The notes beneath the pieces are model-generated. The model was not told where the DNA came from and ran no database searches. It worked only from the letters and a program-made list of their open reading frames with translations. 64,000 nt of DNA, taken from IMG/VR virus record IMGVR_UViG_3300023180_006024. The stretch is one strand, 5' to 3'. Below are positions 37,733-46,602 of this stretch, one piece after another. This DNA comes from a virus. The position numbers and the translations under genes are program-made. Position 1 is the stretch's first letter. Each line of letters begins with the position of its first letter.

Positions 37733-38704
37733 TTAGCTGCCAATAGTTGATTTTTTATTGTCAGCAGTCTCTGGCTTGCCCTTTTTCTCAGCGCCGTGGC
37801 CAGGTTCGTTTTTCATGCCAGATTTGGCACTTGTACCGCCTTTAACATTTCTGTTACCTGCGTTATCTTCTTTTGTAGATGGCTGTGCTAAACCGCCTGC
37901 TGTACCTTTTGTATCAGCTTCGCCGCCTGCTACGATGTTTGACGTTGTTCCGCCCATATCGTTTTTACCTGCTACTGGTGATTTTGCGTTTGCGCCGTTG
38001 TCACCTTTTTTTGGTTCGTCTGCCATTTTGTTAGCATACTCACGCATGATTTCTGCTGCTGATTTGTCTGTTGATTCTTCAACTTCTTCATCTGCTGCTT
38101 CTTCTACTTCCTCGTCAGCTGCTTCTTCTACTTCCTCGTCAGCTGCTTCAAATGGCATATCCATTGCTTCTTCTTCAGCTTCGTCGTCATCGCCTTCATC
38201 TTCGTCGCCCATCATTTTTTCAAACTCGGCTTGTAGATTTTGGAATGCTGCTTCTAGATCAGCCATTGCTTCTTCTGGACCTTCAGGTGCTTCTTCGTCG
38301 TCACCTTCTTCGTCATCATCGCCATCCATGTCGGCTGCAATGTCACCCATCATGTCGTCTGTTTCGTCTCCGCCCATTTCTGGTGCGTCTAGTTCGTCTA
38401 GACCAAACATTTCGTCAAGGTCGTCTTCTTCTGACTCGTCAACTTCTTCATCAGTTGCTTCGTCTACTTCCTCGTCTGCTGATTCATCAACTTCTTCATC
38501 AGTTGCTTCATCAACTTCTTCATCAGTTGCTTCGTCTAGGTCATCATCTTCTGATTCGTCGACTTCTTCGTCTGACTCGATGATGTTTTGGTAAATCTCA
38601 CGTGATTTTTCTACCACGATTTCGTGGAATAGCTCTTCTGCACCTTCTTTGTCTTCATTGACAAGACGCTCGAGCATTTCCTCAAACTTATTTAGATCAG
38701 TCAT
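37733..38704 (-). CDS. Highly acidic prohead core protein
   Basis: EEVDEATD/EEVEEAAD repeats; AAGGAG before the ATG at 38704; lies between portal and protease. Confidence 0.7.
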   Translation of the reverse strand: MTDLNKFEEMLERLVNEDKEGAEELFHEIVVEKSREIYQNIIESDEEVDESEDDDLDEATDEEVDEATDEEVDESADEEVDEATDEEVDESEEDDLDEMFGLDELDAPEMGGDETDDMMGDIAADMDGDDDEEGDDEEAPEGPEEAMADLEAAFQNLQAEFEKMMGDEDEGDDDEAEEEAMDMPFEAADEEVEEAADEEVEEAADEEVEESTDKSAAEIMREYANKMADEPKKGDNGANAKSPVAGKNDMGGTTSNIVAGGEADTKGTAGGLAQPSTKEDNAGNRNVKGGTSAKSGMKNEPGHGAEKKGKPETADNKKSTIGS

Positions 38705-38767
38705 GATTATCTCCTTTATTGTCAAGGCTGTCAGTTATATTTACACTTTTTAGAAAAATATGCGTAG

Positions 38768-38791
38768 AAATGGGCTCATTTGAGCCTATTT
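38768..38791. terminator. Hairpin / putative terminator
   Basis: AAATGGGCTCA-tt-TGAGCCTATTT inverted repeat after the 38802 stop. Confidence 0.55.
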
Positions 38792-38801
38792 TCTAAGCAG
38801 T

Positions 38802-39521
38802 TTAAGAAATATTAAATTGTTTTTTAAAATCTTTTACTGTAATATGTTCTAGATTTGGTATTCCTTCTAAGTTATCTGGCAAAAAATAATCTTTATCTTG
38901 CACAACTCTGATATATTTAGTACTAGAGTTTTGTCGTAATATAGTCATAGTTTGACGAGACCAGTTGCCAAAATACGTTGCTTTGTCATTAACTTTTTTA
39001 TAGTTATCAGTTCCTGCATAGATATTATTAACTAGTTCATGTTTTCTACCTATGCCTTGGTAGTCAAAACCTAAAATATATATAATATCATTTTCATGTT
39101 TGCTTGCTAAGTTGAGTGCAGTAGGTCCGCTACTCCAACCTAAGTTAGGATTAAAAAGGTTTAATCCTGGTATGCTTCTTGTATACTTGTTAGGGTTAGT
39201 CCATACATTTCCGTGTTGTAAATGGTAGTTTTTGTTGCTTATTTCACGTATCATTTTAGTGTCTACGGCAATCAAATAATCTGGATTAAAGGACCTATAC
39301 AATGCATTACAACCATATATTCTTCCGTGTGGTCTAAGTAATACAGGATCGATACTTTCTCTGCTAGTTCCATTGCCTAGAACAAATGCTGTACGTCCTA
39401 TAATCATACTAGGACGTTCTGCTATTTCTTGAAGTTGTTTTTGTTCTTGTCTAGCTTTTTCTAGGCGCTTCCTGGCTTTTCTTTGTTCTTTGGTTTCGCC
39501 AGGTATATATTTTTTAACCAA
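38802..39521 (-). CDS. Maf/DUF115 / GT42-like (sialyltransferase-type fold) protein
   Basis: AFVLGNGTSR, YGCNALY, PDYLIAVD, SSGPTALNLA, IYILGFD motif series. Confidence 0.6.
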   Translation of the reverse strand: MVKKYIPGETKEQRKARKRLEKARQEQKQLQEIAERPSMIIGRTAFVLGNGTSRESIDPVLLRPHGRIYGCNALYRSFNPDYLIAVDTKMIREISNKNYHLQHGNVWTNPNKYTRSIPGLNLFNPNLGWSSGPTALNLASKHENDIIYILGFDYQGIGRKHELVNNIYAGTDNYKKVNDKATYFGNWSRQTMTILRQNSSTKYIRVVQDKDYFLPDNLEGIPNLEHITVKDFKKQFNIS

Positions 39522-39529
39522 CTTAACTC

Positions 39530-39778
39530 CTACAGTGCTTCCTCAGGTTGCTGTGCTGCAATACCATACATTTGTCTTATATGCACTAAATCTTTTTGCG
39601 CCTCTTGTCTGTGCATATCATCTGCCCTACGTGCTTTGTTGATATCTTTAAGTGTAAGTCTAGTTTTACGTGTGTCATCCATATCTACAATTGATTCATC
39701 GTCTTCAGCATTATATCGCTGATCTTCAATAGGTTCCATTGTATCTTTGTCAAAGTAATATAGTTCACGTAATATCAT
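39530..39778 (-). CDS. Small hypothetical head-associated protein
   Basis: 82-aa ORF right after portal; MILRE N-terminus; RKTRLTL motif. Confidence 0.7.
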   Translation of the reverse strand: MILRELYYFDKDTMEPIEDQRYNAEDDESIVDMDDTRKTRLTLKDINKARRADDMHRQEAQKDLVHIRQMYGIAAQQPEEAL

Positions 39779-39785
39779 AATGTAT

Positions 39786-41504
39786 TTATGCTGTAGGTTC
39801 TACTTCAGCACCTCCTCCTACTACTGATGCATTATCTCCAGCCGATACATCATCATCGCCTGTGATTTCATCGCCTTGTGTATTTTCTGCATCTGCACTA
39901 ATATCGCTGCCTGTAATGCCTGCATCTCTGAGTTGACTTGCTGCATCTTCGCCTGGAACTTGTAGTAGTTCGTCATTTTCTTCACGCCATAACTTTTCGT
40001 TTTCGGCAATCTCTTCTTTACTTAAACCTAAGAAACGTTGTAATGCAAATCTGTTTGAAATAAAAGGAATCTGCTGCATTTGAGCAAAAGTTGATATTCT
40101 ATTGTTGTCAAGTTCTGCTTGACGGTAACTGGCAAAGTTTTGTGGAGGTTGTAATGTTAAGTCAAACATTGACACATCAATGTTTACACCTTTTTTACTT
40201 AGATATAGTTTAAACTCTCTGTTAAACACTTCAGTGATTAAACTTTGCAAACGTTCACAATAGTTGTTGAATCGTAGTTCTTGAATGTATGCTGTGCCTA
40301 CACGCCCGTCATTATACTGACTTGCACTGTCGTCTGCGCCTGTTGGCAAGTAACTCGAAGGAATACGCAAACCACGTAGCAGTTTGTTTGTAAAATATTT
40401 CAAGTCATCAATTTCACCTAGGTTAGTACCACCTGGCAGTGTTTCAACTTTTGATCCACGACCTTCGGCAGTCTGTGGAAAGAAGTAGTCTTCGTTGATT
40501 GACAGCGGATTATAGCTTGAGTCTACGACTGTTTGACCTCCGCCTGTCTTGGATGGGATGCGTCTTTGGTGTATTTCCGTTTTAACACGCTCCACAAACT
40601 GCATAGCAAGGTGTGAAGGCATGTTGCCCACATCAACGTAGAATACTCTGCGCTCTGGCGCACGTTGGACACGATAGATAATAATCGCATCTTCAAGCAG
40701 TTCTTTCTGCTTGTACACTTTAAAAATACTTTCAAGTAAGCTGTTACCAAAAGGAAAGTTTTGATCAAGACCTTCACTCATTGACAAGTGAACAATATGA
40801 TCAGCATCAACTGCTGTTTCATTTGACTCTGTGCTCCAACGACTTGTACCTGCATCAGGTGTTTTGCCTGTCATGTACTTTTGATCTAGTGTTTGATAAC
40901 CTGGTTGGTTACCTCCTGGGCCATAAGCATTTTGTGTGTTGATCTTGGTTGCACTCAACCCTTCATAAGCAATATTTAAATCTTTAATGATAAACTGTTC
41001 AGGACGTTTACCTTCACTTTCGTTTACAATAACTTTTGTAACATTAGCAGGATCTACATGAAACCATTTCTGTGTTTCAGGATCTCTAATAAAAAACTGG
41101 TCACCATACTTGAATGTGTTTCTTACAATTTTAAAAATACGCTGCTCAAACTCTTGTATTTTGCACCATTGTTTCAAATATTGTCCAATGATTTGTACTT
41201 CTGAGTTAGTTGGAGATGCATTAAACTTCAACTTAAATGGTGTTTGATTTTCTTTATTTTTTTGCGAACAAAACTCTGCAAGTATATCAAGAGCAGCATT
41301 TACTTCTGAATCGTTGTCCATTGTGTTGTACTGACCATAACGCTCAATACGGTTAGGTGAACCAACATACACATCGGGTAAGTGACTGCTATAGTTTGCT
41401 GCTGCTGGACCAATACCTGTTCCACGATTAAAGGAAAATGGAGAATAACTTCCACTAGTGTTCATGCTAGTAGGAACAGGTGTAAAATGTTTTTTCCAAC
41501 TCAT
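39786..41504 (-). CDS. gp20: Portal vertex protein (gp20-like)
   Basis: LLEDAIIIYRVQRAPERRVFYVDVGNMP; EDYFFP; VETLPGG.NLGEIDD; LRIPSS. Confidence 0.97.
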   Translation of the reverse strand: MSWKKHFTPVPTSMNTSGSYSPFSFNRGTGIGPAAANYSSHLPDVYVGSPNRIERYGQYNTMDNDSEVNAALDILAEFCSQKNKENQTPFKLKFNASPTNSEVQIIGQYLKQWCKIQEFEQRIFKIVRNTFKYGDQFFIRDPETQKWFHVDPANVTKVIVNESEGKRPEQFIIKDLNIAYEGLSATKINTQNAYGPGGNQPGYQTLDQKYMTGKTPDAGTSRWSTESNETAVDADHIVHLSMSEGLDQNFPFGNSLLESIFKVYKQKELLEDAIIIYRVQRAPERRVFYVDVGNMPSHLAMQFVERVKTEIHQRRIPSKTGGGQTVVDSSYNPLSINEDYFFPQTAEGRGSKVETLPGGTNLGEIDDLKYFTNKLLRGLRIPSSYLPTGADDSASQYNDGRVGTAYIQELRFNNYCERLQSLITEVFNREFKLYLSKKGVNIDVSMFDLTLQPPQNFASYRQAELDNNRISTFAQMQQIPFISNRFALQRFLGLSKEEIAENEKLWREENDELLQVPGEDAASQLRDAGITGSDISADAENTQGDEITGDDDVSAGDNASVVGGGAEVEPTA

Positions 41505-44272
41505 ACTTTTGCTCCTCTATAAAAATCTGTTGTCATGCCCCTTAATCCTCTTGCAGTCTTTTCGTTTATTTGATTACCAGTTGCTAATAGTTTTACCACG
41601 TGTAGCATAGTAGTATTTAACTGATCTACCTTATTTGCCAGTTGTTCTTGACTACCACTATAAAACGAATCTAGCATTTCTCCTGCTGGACTATTTCTTG
41701 GCACAATAGCTTCTTCGTTGTGAACCATTACAGGTGTACCTAATCCAAAATTTTCAAAACCATTTGTACCTATATTGTAAGCAGGTAGTTCGTTGATGTA
41801 ATCTTGAATAGTACCTGACAAATAGCCTTGCATTTCTTGTAGTTGCTGACCTTGATAGTTGTTACTAACATAAGTTTTTAATGCCCCTGCTAGTGCAGCT
41901 TTTGCTTCAGCACTGGTGTACTGTCCGCTTGACTCAAGTTCTCGATATGCTCTGTTTATATAGGTACTAGTATTATAAGCGTCTAACATACGTCTTGGAT
42001 CAAATGTTCCTCTAGTTGCTTGATTATAGAATAAGTCAGAATCTAGAGTGCTTTGTCCTATACCTGTTAGTGCTCCAAGTATGCCTCCTCCAAAGTTTTC
42101 ACCTCCGGATATACTTGAAGTTGTGTTTGCACCACCGCCGTCTATTGCGTCTCTTGCTGAGTTTATGATAGTGCTAAGAAGTTCGGGTATTCTTTCATTA
42201 AACACTGTAAGTATACTGTTACCGATAGTCTCTGATAAACTAGCAAATGTGGCTGCATTATCACTAAGTATTTCACTTACTGCTTGAGAAATACTTGATA
42301 ATATGCCTCCAGTTCTACCGCCAGTGCCATCTGGTCTAGTATTAGTTCCGTATATTAGTTCATTAATGTATTTTAATGCATTATCTATAACACTTGTACG
42401 CGGTAATGCATCGGGAAATAAAAGATCATTGATGTATTCTAATGCATTATCTATTACACTTGAACCTGGTAATGCATCGGGAAATAAAAGATCATTGAGT
42501 TTTGTTTCTATTTTTTCAAAAAAAGTAGGACCAGTTGATGCTGATGGAAATAATCTTTCGTAAATGTTAGAAAACAACCCGCCTACTCTGCGATCGGCAC
42601 CCATTCCGTCTGCTCTTGTGTTTTCCATTTTTCCAAGAAAGAAGTTTAACAATGTATTCACTATATCCGAGCCTGCTTTCTCTAATGCTGCACTAAATCC
42701 ATCTGATTTGTAAGTTGTGATTATACTGTCTATCCAAGATGTAAACTCATTAAACTTGGTGTCAATGTATGTAAATGTTGCATCCCAGTCAACACCTGCA
42801 AGTGTAGTGTTTATAGTTGAAACCAGTTTTGTCACATAACCTTCTTCGCCAAATGCATTTGTCATAAAGTTTTTCAATGCAGTTTGGAAACTAGGAATAC
42901 TTCCTTCAACTCCTTCCGGGGCAATAATATTTTTGATAGTGGTCATTAATGAACCAAAACTATCAAACAAGCCATCAGCTGCTGTTGAAGCATCAAGGAA
43001 CGCATCAACAAATGATTTTCTAGCATCTGTAACTGCTTGTTCAAATCCGCCAACAGTAGCAGTTGCTTTGTCTCTTTGTTCTTGTTCTTCTTCTGATAAG
43101 CCAGCACTTCTATCTTGTAGTTGATTGATTCTGAACAACTGATCAGCAAGTGAAACTAATCCACCTGTGACACCACTGCTACCTCTAAGTTGGTCAAGCA
43201 CTGCTTTATCGTTAGCATTTGAAAAGTTTTCTAGTGCTGGTCCTACTCTTGTTCTTAATACGTTTTGTAGTTCATCAAGTCCAACTTGTCCTTGTAAAAA
43301 ACTTTGAGCAAATGCAGTTATACCTGGAACTTGATTGGCTAACGCTTTACCTACGTCAGTTTGAGCAACACCGTCAGTTAAGTCCATAAGTGCATCAGCC
43401 AACGGTCCTGACAACTGACTATCAAGGAATGCTATACCTGATTGAAGGTTGACTCTAGCTTGTCCTTCTAGTCTGTTTACTTGAGCTCTTACACCTGCAT
43501 CTTGAACTTGTGCTGCCATCCTTTCTGCAATCTGATCACGTTCTTCGCCAGTTAACTTGGTTAACTTGTCTAGCTCTAATACATAAGCCATTGCAGCTTG
43601 TTGAGATATTTTATCAGTTCTTATTGAAGCATTTGATCTTCTACGTTCTAAATCTAAAAAGTTTATCAAACCTTCATTTACATCTTGTATAGTAAATCCC
43701 ATTGAAAACAAGTCGTTGCCAGCGCCACGTCTAAAATCTCTACTAAACTCACCTAGTACTCTTGCGCCACCAGTTACGTTTGCGCCAAATGTAACAAGTG
43801 TTTGTGAGTTACGTTGTACTAATGATGCAAAGTCTCCCATGTTCATTGCACTGTTAGCACTAGCAGCTATCATGTCAAACATGCTGTTATTAAAACTTGC
43901 ACCTACACTAGTAAGTCCACGTAAAGTATCAATAGTATCGTCGCCAAAACGAACTAGAGTGGTAAGCACACTGCTTGCACCAAACACTGCACTAGCAAAA
44001 TCTCCTAATCGATCTCCACCAATGGCTGCTTCTTTAATAAAACTTTTAGTAGCTTCAGTTGCAGATTTAAAACTTTTTGCAAGTGGGCCTAGTTGTTTTG
44101 TGTTTTCATTTAACGCTTTGGTATTAAGACCTCTGGCTTGTGCTTGTGCCTTTTGAAACTGGCTGTCGCTTGATATTTTTGTTCTAAACTCAGCCAGCAA
44201 TAGTTGCATTGTTGCTTCACTGGCAACACCGTTCCTACCGCCTACATTACTAATTTCAACTTCGTCAGCCAT
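41501..44272 (-). CDS. Probable tail tape-measure protein
   Basis: 923-aa Ala/Gly/Leu-rich helical protein with a C-terminal G(T)NGF...PVMVHNEEAIVP motif typical of tape measures. Lies next to the tail assembly chaperone. Confidence 0.65.
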   Translation of the reverse strand: MADEVEISNVGGRNGVASEATMQLLLAEFRTKISSDSQFQKAQAQARGLNTKALNENTKQLGPLAKSFKSATEATKSFIKEAAIGGDRLGDFASAVFGASSVLTTLVRFGDDTIDTLRGLTSVGASFNNSMFDMIAASANSAMNMGDFASLVQRNSQTLVTFGANVTGGARVLGEFSRDFRRGAGNDLFSMGFTIQDVNEGLINFLDLERRRSNASIRTDKISQQAAMAYVLELDKLTKLTGEERDQIAERMAAQVQDAGVRAQVNRLEGQARVNLQSGIAFLDSQLSGPLADALMDLTDGVAQTDVGKALANQVPGITAFAQSFLQGQVGLDELQNVLRTRVGPALENFSNANDKAVLDQLRGSSGVTGGLVSLADQLFRINQLQDRSAGLSEEEQEQRDKATATVGGFEQAVTDARKSFVDAFLDASTAADGLFDSFGSLMTTIKNIIAPEGVEGSIPSFQTALKNFMTNAFGEEGYVTKLVSTINTTLAGVDWDATFTYIDTKFNEFTSWIDSIITTYKSDGFSAALEKAGSDIVNTLLNFFLGKMENTRADGMGADRRVGGLFSNIYERLFPSASTGPTFFEKIETKLNDLLFPDALPGSSVIDNALEYINDLLFPDALPRTSVIDNALKYINELIYGTNTRPDGTGGRTGGILSSISQAVSEILSDNAATFASLSETIGNSILTVFNERIPELLSTIINSARDAIDGGGANTTSSISGGENFGGGILGALTGIGQSTLDSDLFYNQATRGTFDPRRMLDAYNTSTYINRAYRELESSGQYTSAEAKAALAGALKTYVSNNYQGQQLQEMQGYLSGTIQDYINELPAYNIGTNGFENFGLGTPVMVHNEEAIVPRNSPAGEMLDSFYSGSQEQLANKVDQLNTTMLHVVKLLATGNQINEKTARGLRGMTTDFYRGAKV
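42360..42497. repeat. 66-nt tandem duplication in the tape-measure gene
   Basis: TCATT.ATGTATT.TAATGCATTATCTAT...GGTAATGCATCGGGAAATAAAAGA repeated at 42360 and 42426. Confidence 0.9.
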
Positions 44273-44347
44273 TCAATCTCATTTCGTTAAATACGTAGTT
44301 AACTATACAGATATATATTGTATAGTATATTTATCCGGAGAAAATCA

Positions 44348-45199
44348 ATGCAAAATGCAAATCCATTAAGTAAGCACTTTAGACAACCAAAAATCTATAT
44401 CAACTTGCCTAGTAAAGGAATGTTTTATGCACCTGGATCGTTGGAAAAAACTGAAACAGGTGAATATCCTGTGCTTCCTATGACTGCAAAAGACGAAATA
44501 ATGATCAAGACGCCCGATGCATTGTTAAACGGAGAAAGCACAGTACAAGTTATACAAAGTTGTATGCCAAATATCAAAAATGCTTGGCATATTCCAAGTG
44601 TGGATATTGATGCAATACTACTTGCAATACGTATTGCTACCTATGGTGAGATAATGGAAGTTTCGTCATTTATCAAAGAGTTAGACGACGATCGCACATT
44701 TGAAATTAACTTGAGACCCATTTTAGATAACATACTTGCTCAAACATACGATCCGTTGTTAACACACGGTGACTTTACTTTTGAAACTCATCCACTAACA
44801 TATAAAAAGTTTACCGAGACTGCACTAAAAACCTTTGAAGAACAGAGATTGTTTCGAGTTGTAAACGATGATGAAATGTCAGAAGAAGAAAAGATAAGAC
44901 GTTTCAATGAAAGTTTTACAAAACTCACTGATATGAACATCACTCAAATCTATAACACTGTTGCAGCTATTAAATATGCAGATGAAGATCCAGTTGTTGA
45001 TAGAGCACATATAAATGAGTTTTTAGAAAATGCAGATACTACTATCTATAAAAAACTGATACAACACACTGACGAACAGCGTAAAAAGTTTTCTGTACAA
45101 CCATTTAAGGCAAACTTTTCTCAAGAAGATATCGAAGCAGGTGCACCAACTGATTATAGTATTCCTATCTCCTTTGATCAATCAAGTTTTTTCGGATAA
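44348..45199 (+). CDS. Baseplate hub / tail assembly chaperone (T4 gp26-like)
   Basis: NPLSKHFRQPKIYINLPSKG...PMTAKDE...DAILLAIRIATYGE; GGAG upstream of the ATG at 44348. Confidence 0.75.
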   Translation: MQNANPLSKHFRQPKIYINLPSKGMFYAPGSLEKTETGEYPVLPMTAKDEIMIKTPDALLNGESTVQVIQSCMPNIKNAWHIPSVDIDAILLAIRIATYGEIMEVSSFIKELDDDRTFEINLRPILDNILAQTYDPLLTHGDFTFETHPLTYKKFTETALKTFEEQRLFRVVNDDEMSEEEKIRRFNESFTKLTDMNITQIYNTVAAIKYADEDPVVDRAHINEFLENADTTIYKKLIQHTDEQRKKFSVQPFKANFSQEDIEAGAPTDYSIPISFDQSSFFG

Positions 45200-45423
45200 G
45201 GATCTTATCATGGCCTCTTGAAAAGATCCTACAAGAAGTAGACAAAATGGGTAACGAGGTTAAACAAATCAAACACAGCTTATTCAAAATGTGTTGGTTC
45301 ATGAGAGGTTCTGTTTCTATGAGCGAGATATATGAAACATCTGCTGAAGACAGAGAAGTAATGTCTAAACTTATTAATGATAACTTAGAAACTGCAAAGA
45401 AAACCAATCAACCGTTTTGGTAG
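45187..45423 (+). CDS. gp51-like chaperone extension, probably reached by a -1 frameshift (absent from the ORF track)
   Basis: The -1 frame is open from slippery T-TTT-TTC to TAG at 45423: RIRILSWPLEKILQEVDKMGNEVKQIKHSLFKMCWFMRGSVSMSEIYETSAEDREVMSKLINDNLETAKKTNQPFW. Confidence 0.7.
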   Translation, partial: FFRIRILSWPLEKILQEVDKMGNEVKQIKHSLFKMCWFMRGSVSMSEIYETSAEDREVMSKLINDNLETAKKTNQPFW

Positions 45424-46125
45424 TTACTTGCTAATTTTGTAACCTGCTGCCTTGAGTGTATCTATTGCTTGCTTTTCTGCAGGAGAAGGTGTTGCTCTAT
45501 TCGATTTAAAACTTGCCGGAGGTTCTTCTTGTGCAAATCTACTTTTATCAAATCCAGCTGCGCCGCCGTAACCTTTAGCAACAACCTGTTTAATAATATT
45601 ACGCACTTCTCCTTTGGTTAGTGTATCACCTGCTTCTGCTTCGTACATACCAGCCGCTACTCGTTGACTTTTAAACATTGGAGCAGGTCCGCCGATTTGA
45701 CTTGCAGGAACTACACCACTTGCATTTTTTGCTGCTGTGGCAGCTTTACTAATAGCTGAACCTGCTTTTTGTGCACCAACTTTAGCCATACCACCAAGTT
45801 TTGCTGCTGCTTGACCTGCTGCTCTTGCTTTATCTTGACGTGCTTGACTTTTTGCTGACTTTTTCATTGTTTTAGTTACAAAGTTTTTCATGATAGGTGC
45901 AGCAGCTTGACCAAGTCCTTTTTGATCAAAATATTTTTGTAATGCGTCAACAGTTGGTTTCTGTTTTGATGTTTTTAGATATGTAAGAAGTTCAACTTCC
46001 ATCTGACGTGCTTCATCACTAGTAGCACCCTTAGCAGCCTTTTTGGCTTGCTTCATCATTTTTGCTTTTTTAGTAAATGGAATTGCTTCATTTACATCTT
46101 CTGTAATAATCTGAAAAACTTGCAT
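45424..46125 (-). CDS. Lys/Ala-rich basic protein, putative internal head protein
   Basis: N-terminus MQVFQIITEDVNE carries I/V-x-E protease-type sites; perfect TATAAATA upstream. Confidence 0.55.
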   Translation of the reverse strand: MQVFQIITEDVNEAIPFTKKAKMMKQAKKAAKGATSDEARQMEVELLTYLKTSKQKPTVDALQKYFDQKGLGQAAAPIMKNFVTKTMKKSAKSQARQDKARAAGQAAAKLGGMAKVGAQKAGSAISKAATAAKNASGVVPASQIGGPAPMFKSQRVAAGMYEAEAGDTLTKGEVRNIIKQVVAKGYGGAAGFDKSRFAQEEPPASFKSNRATPSPAEKQAIDTLKAAGYKISK

Positions 46126-46164
46126 TGTGAGATATCCTTAAATGTAACTTATTATTATTTATAC

Positions 46165-46602
46165 ATTTAAGATGAACTTACGTTCATCTGTGTTATCGCT
46201 ATCGCTCAACACGAACTATGTTTTCTTGATTATAATACTAATAATGCATATGCGTAAGCATATGCTTTTAATATTATTCAGATTGTGAAGTCATAATTCG
46301 CCCGTTGCCGGGCGAAGGTAGCTTTGAAACATTATTCGAGTCGCTTCAGCCATCTTGTTAAAAGAGATTCAACTTGCGTTGTCGGAGGCGGTTGACCTGT
46401 ATCCCCCTACTCTAGCTTCGTCATATCAACGGAAGGCAGTTATTCCCTAACAAGCGAAAACACTTACCATGTGGTTGCTTTTTCTCAGAGCCACTATCCT
46501 TTAAAGCCTATCGTATACTTCTTCACGTGAGCATTCCACACCACCGGCAACGAGCATAACCTCGGCTGGATCTTGGAGTTTAATCAGAGCTCAATATATA
46601 GC
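46165..46602 (-). ncRNA. Candidate large structured RNA (or replication origin) downstream of the GIY-YIG gene
   Basis: ~440-nt stretch with no tracked ORF, richer in GC than its flanks, with three GNRA-capped hairpins on the minus strand and long-range stems. Confidence 0.55.

Noticed and set aside
37758-38594. 278-aa Ser-rich and 170-aa Leu-rich plus-strand ORFs
   Set aside because: Antisense shadows of the acidic GAA/GAT repeats of the prohead core gene; no RBS or recognisable domain.
45165-45407. 80-aa minus-strand ORF
   Set aside because: Antisense to the more plausible plus-strand gp51-like frame.
46165-46602. Possible group I intron, RNase P or tmRNA beside a homing-type endonuclease
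   Set aside because: No interrupted host gene and no recognisable conserved core motifs or tRNA-like ends by eye. Kept as an unassigned structured element.
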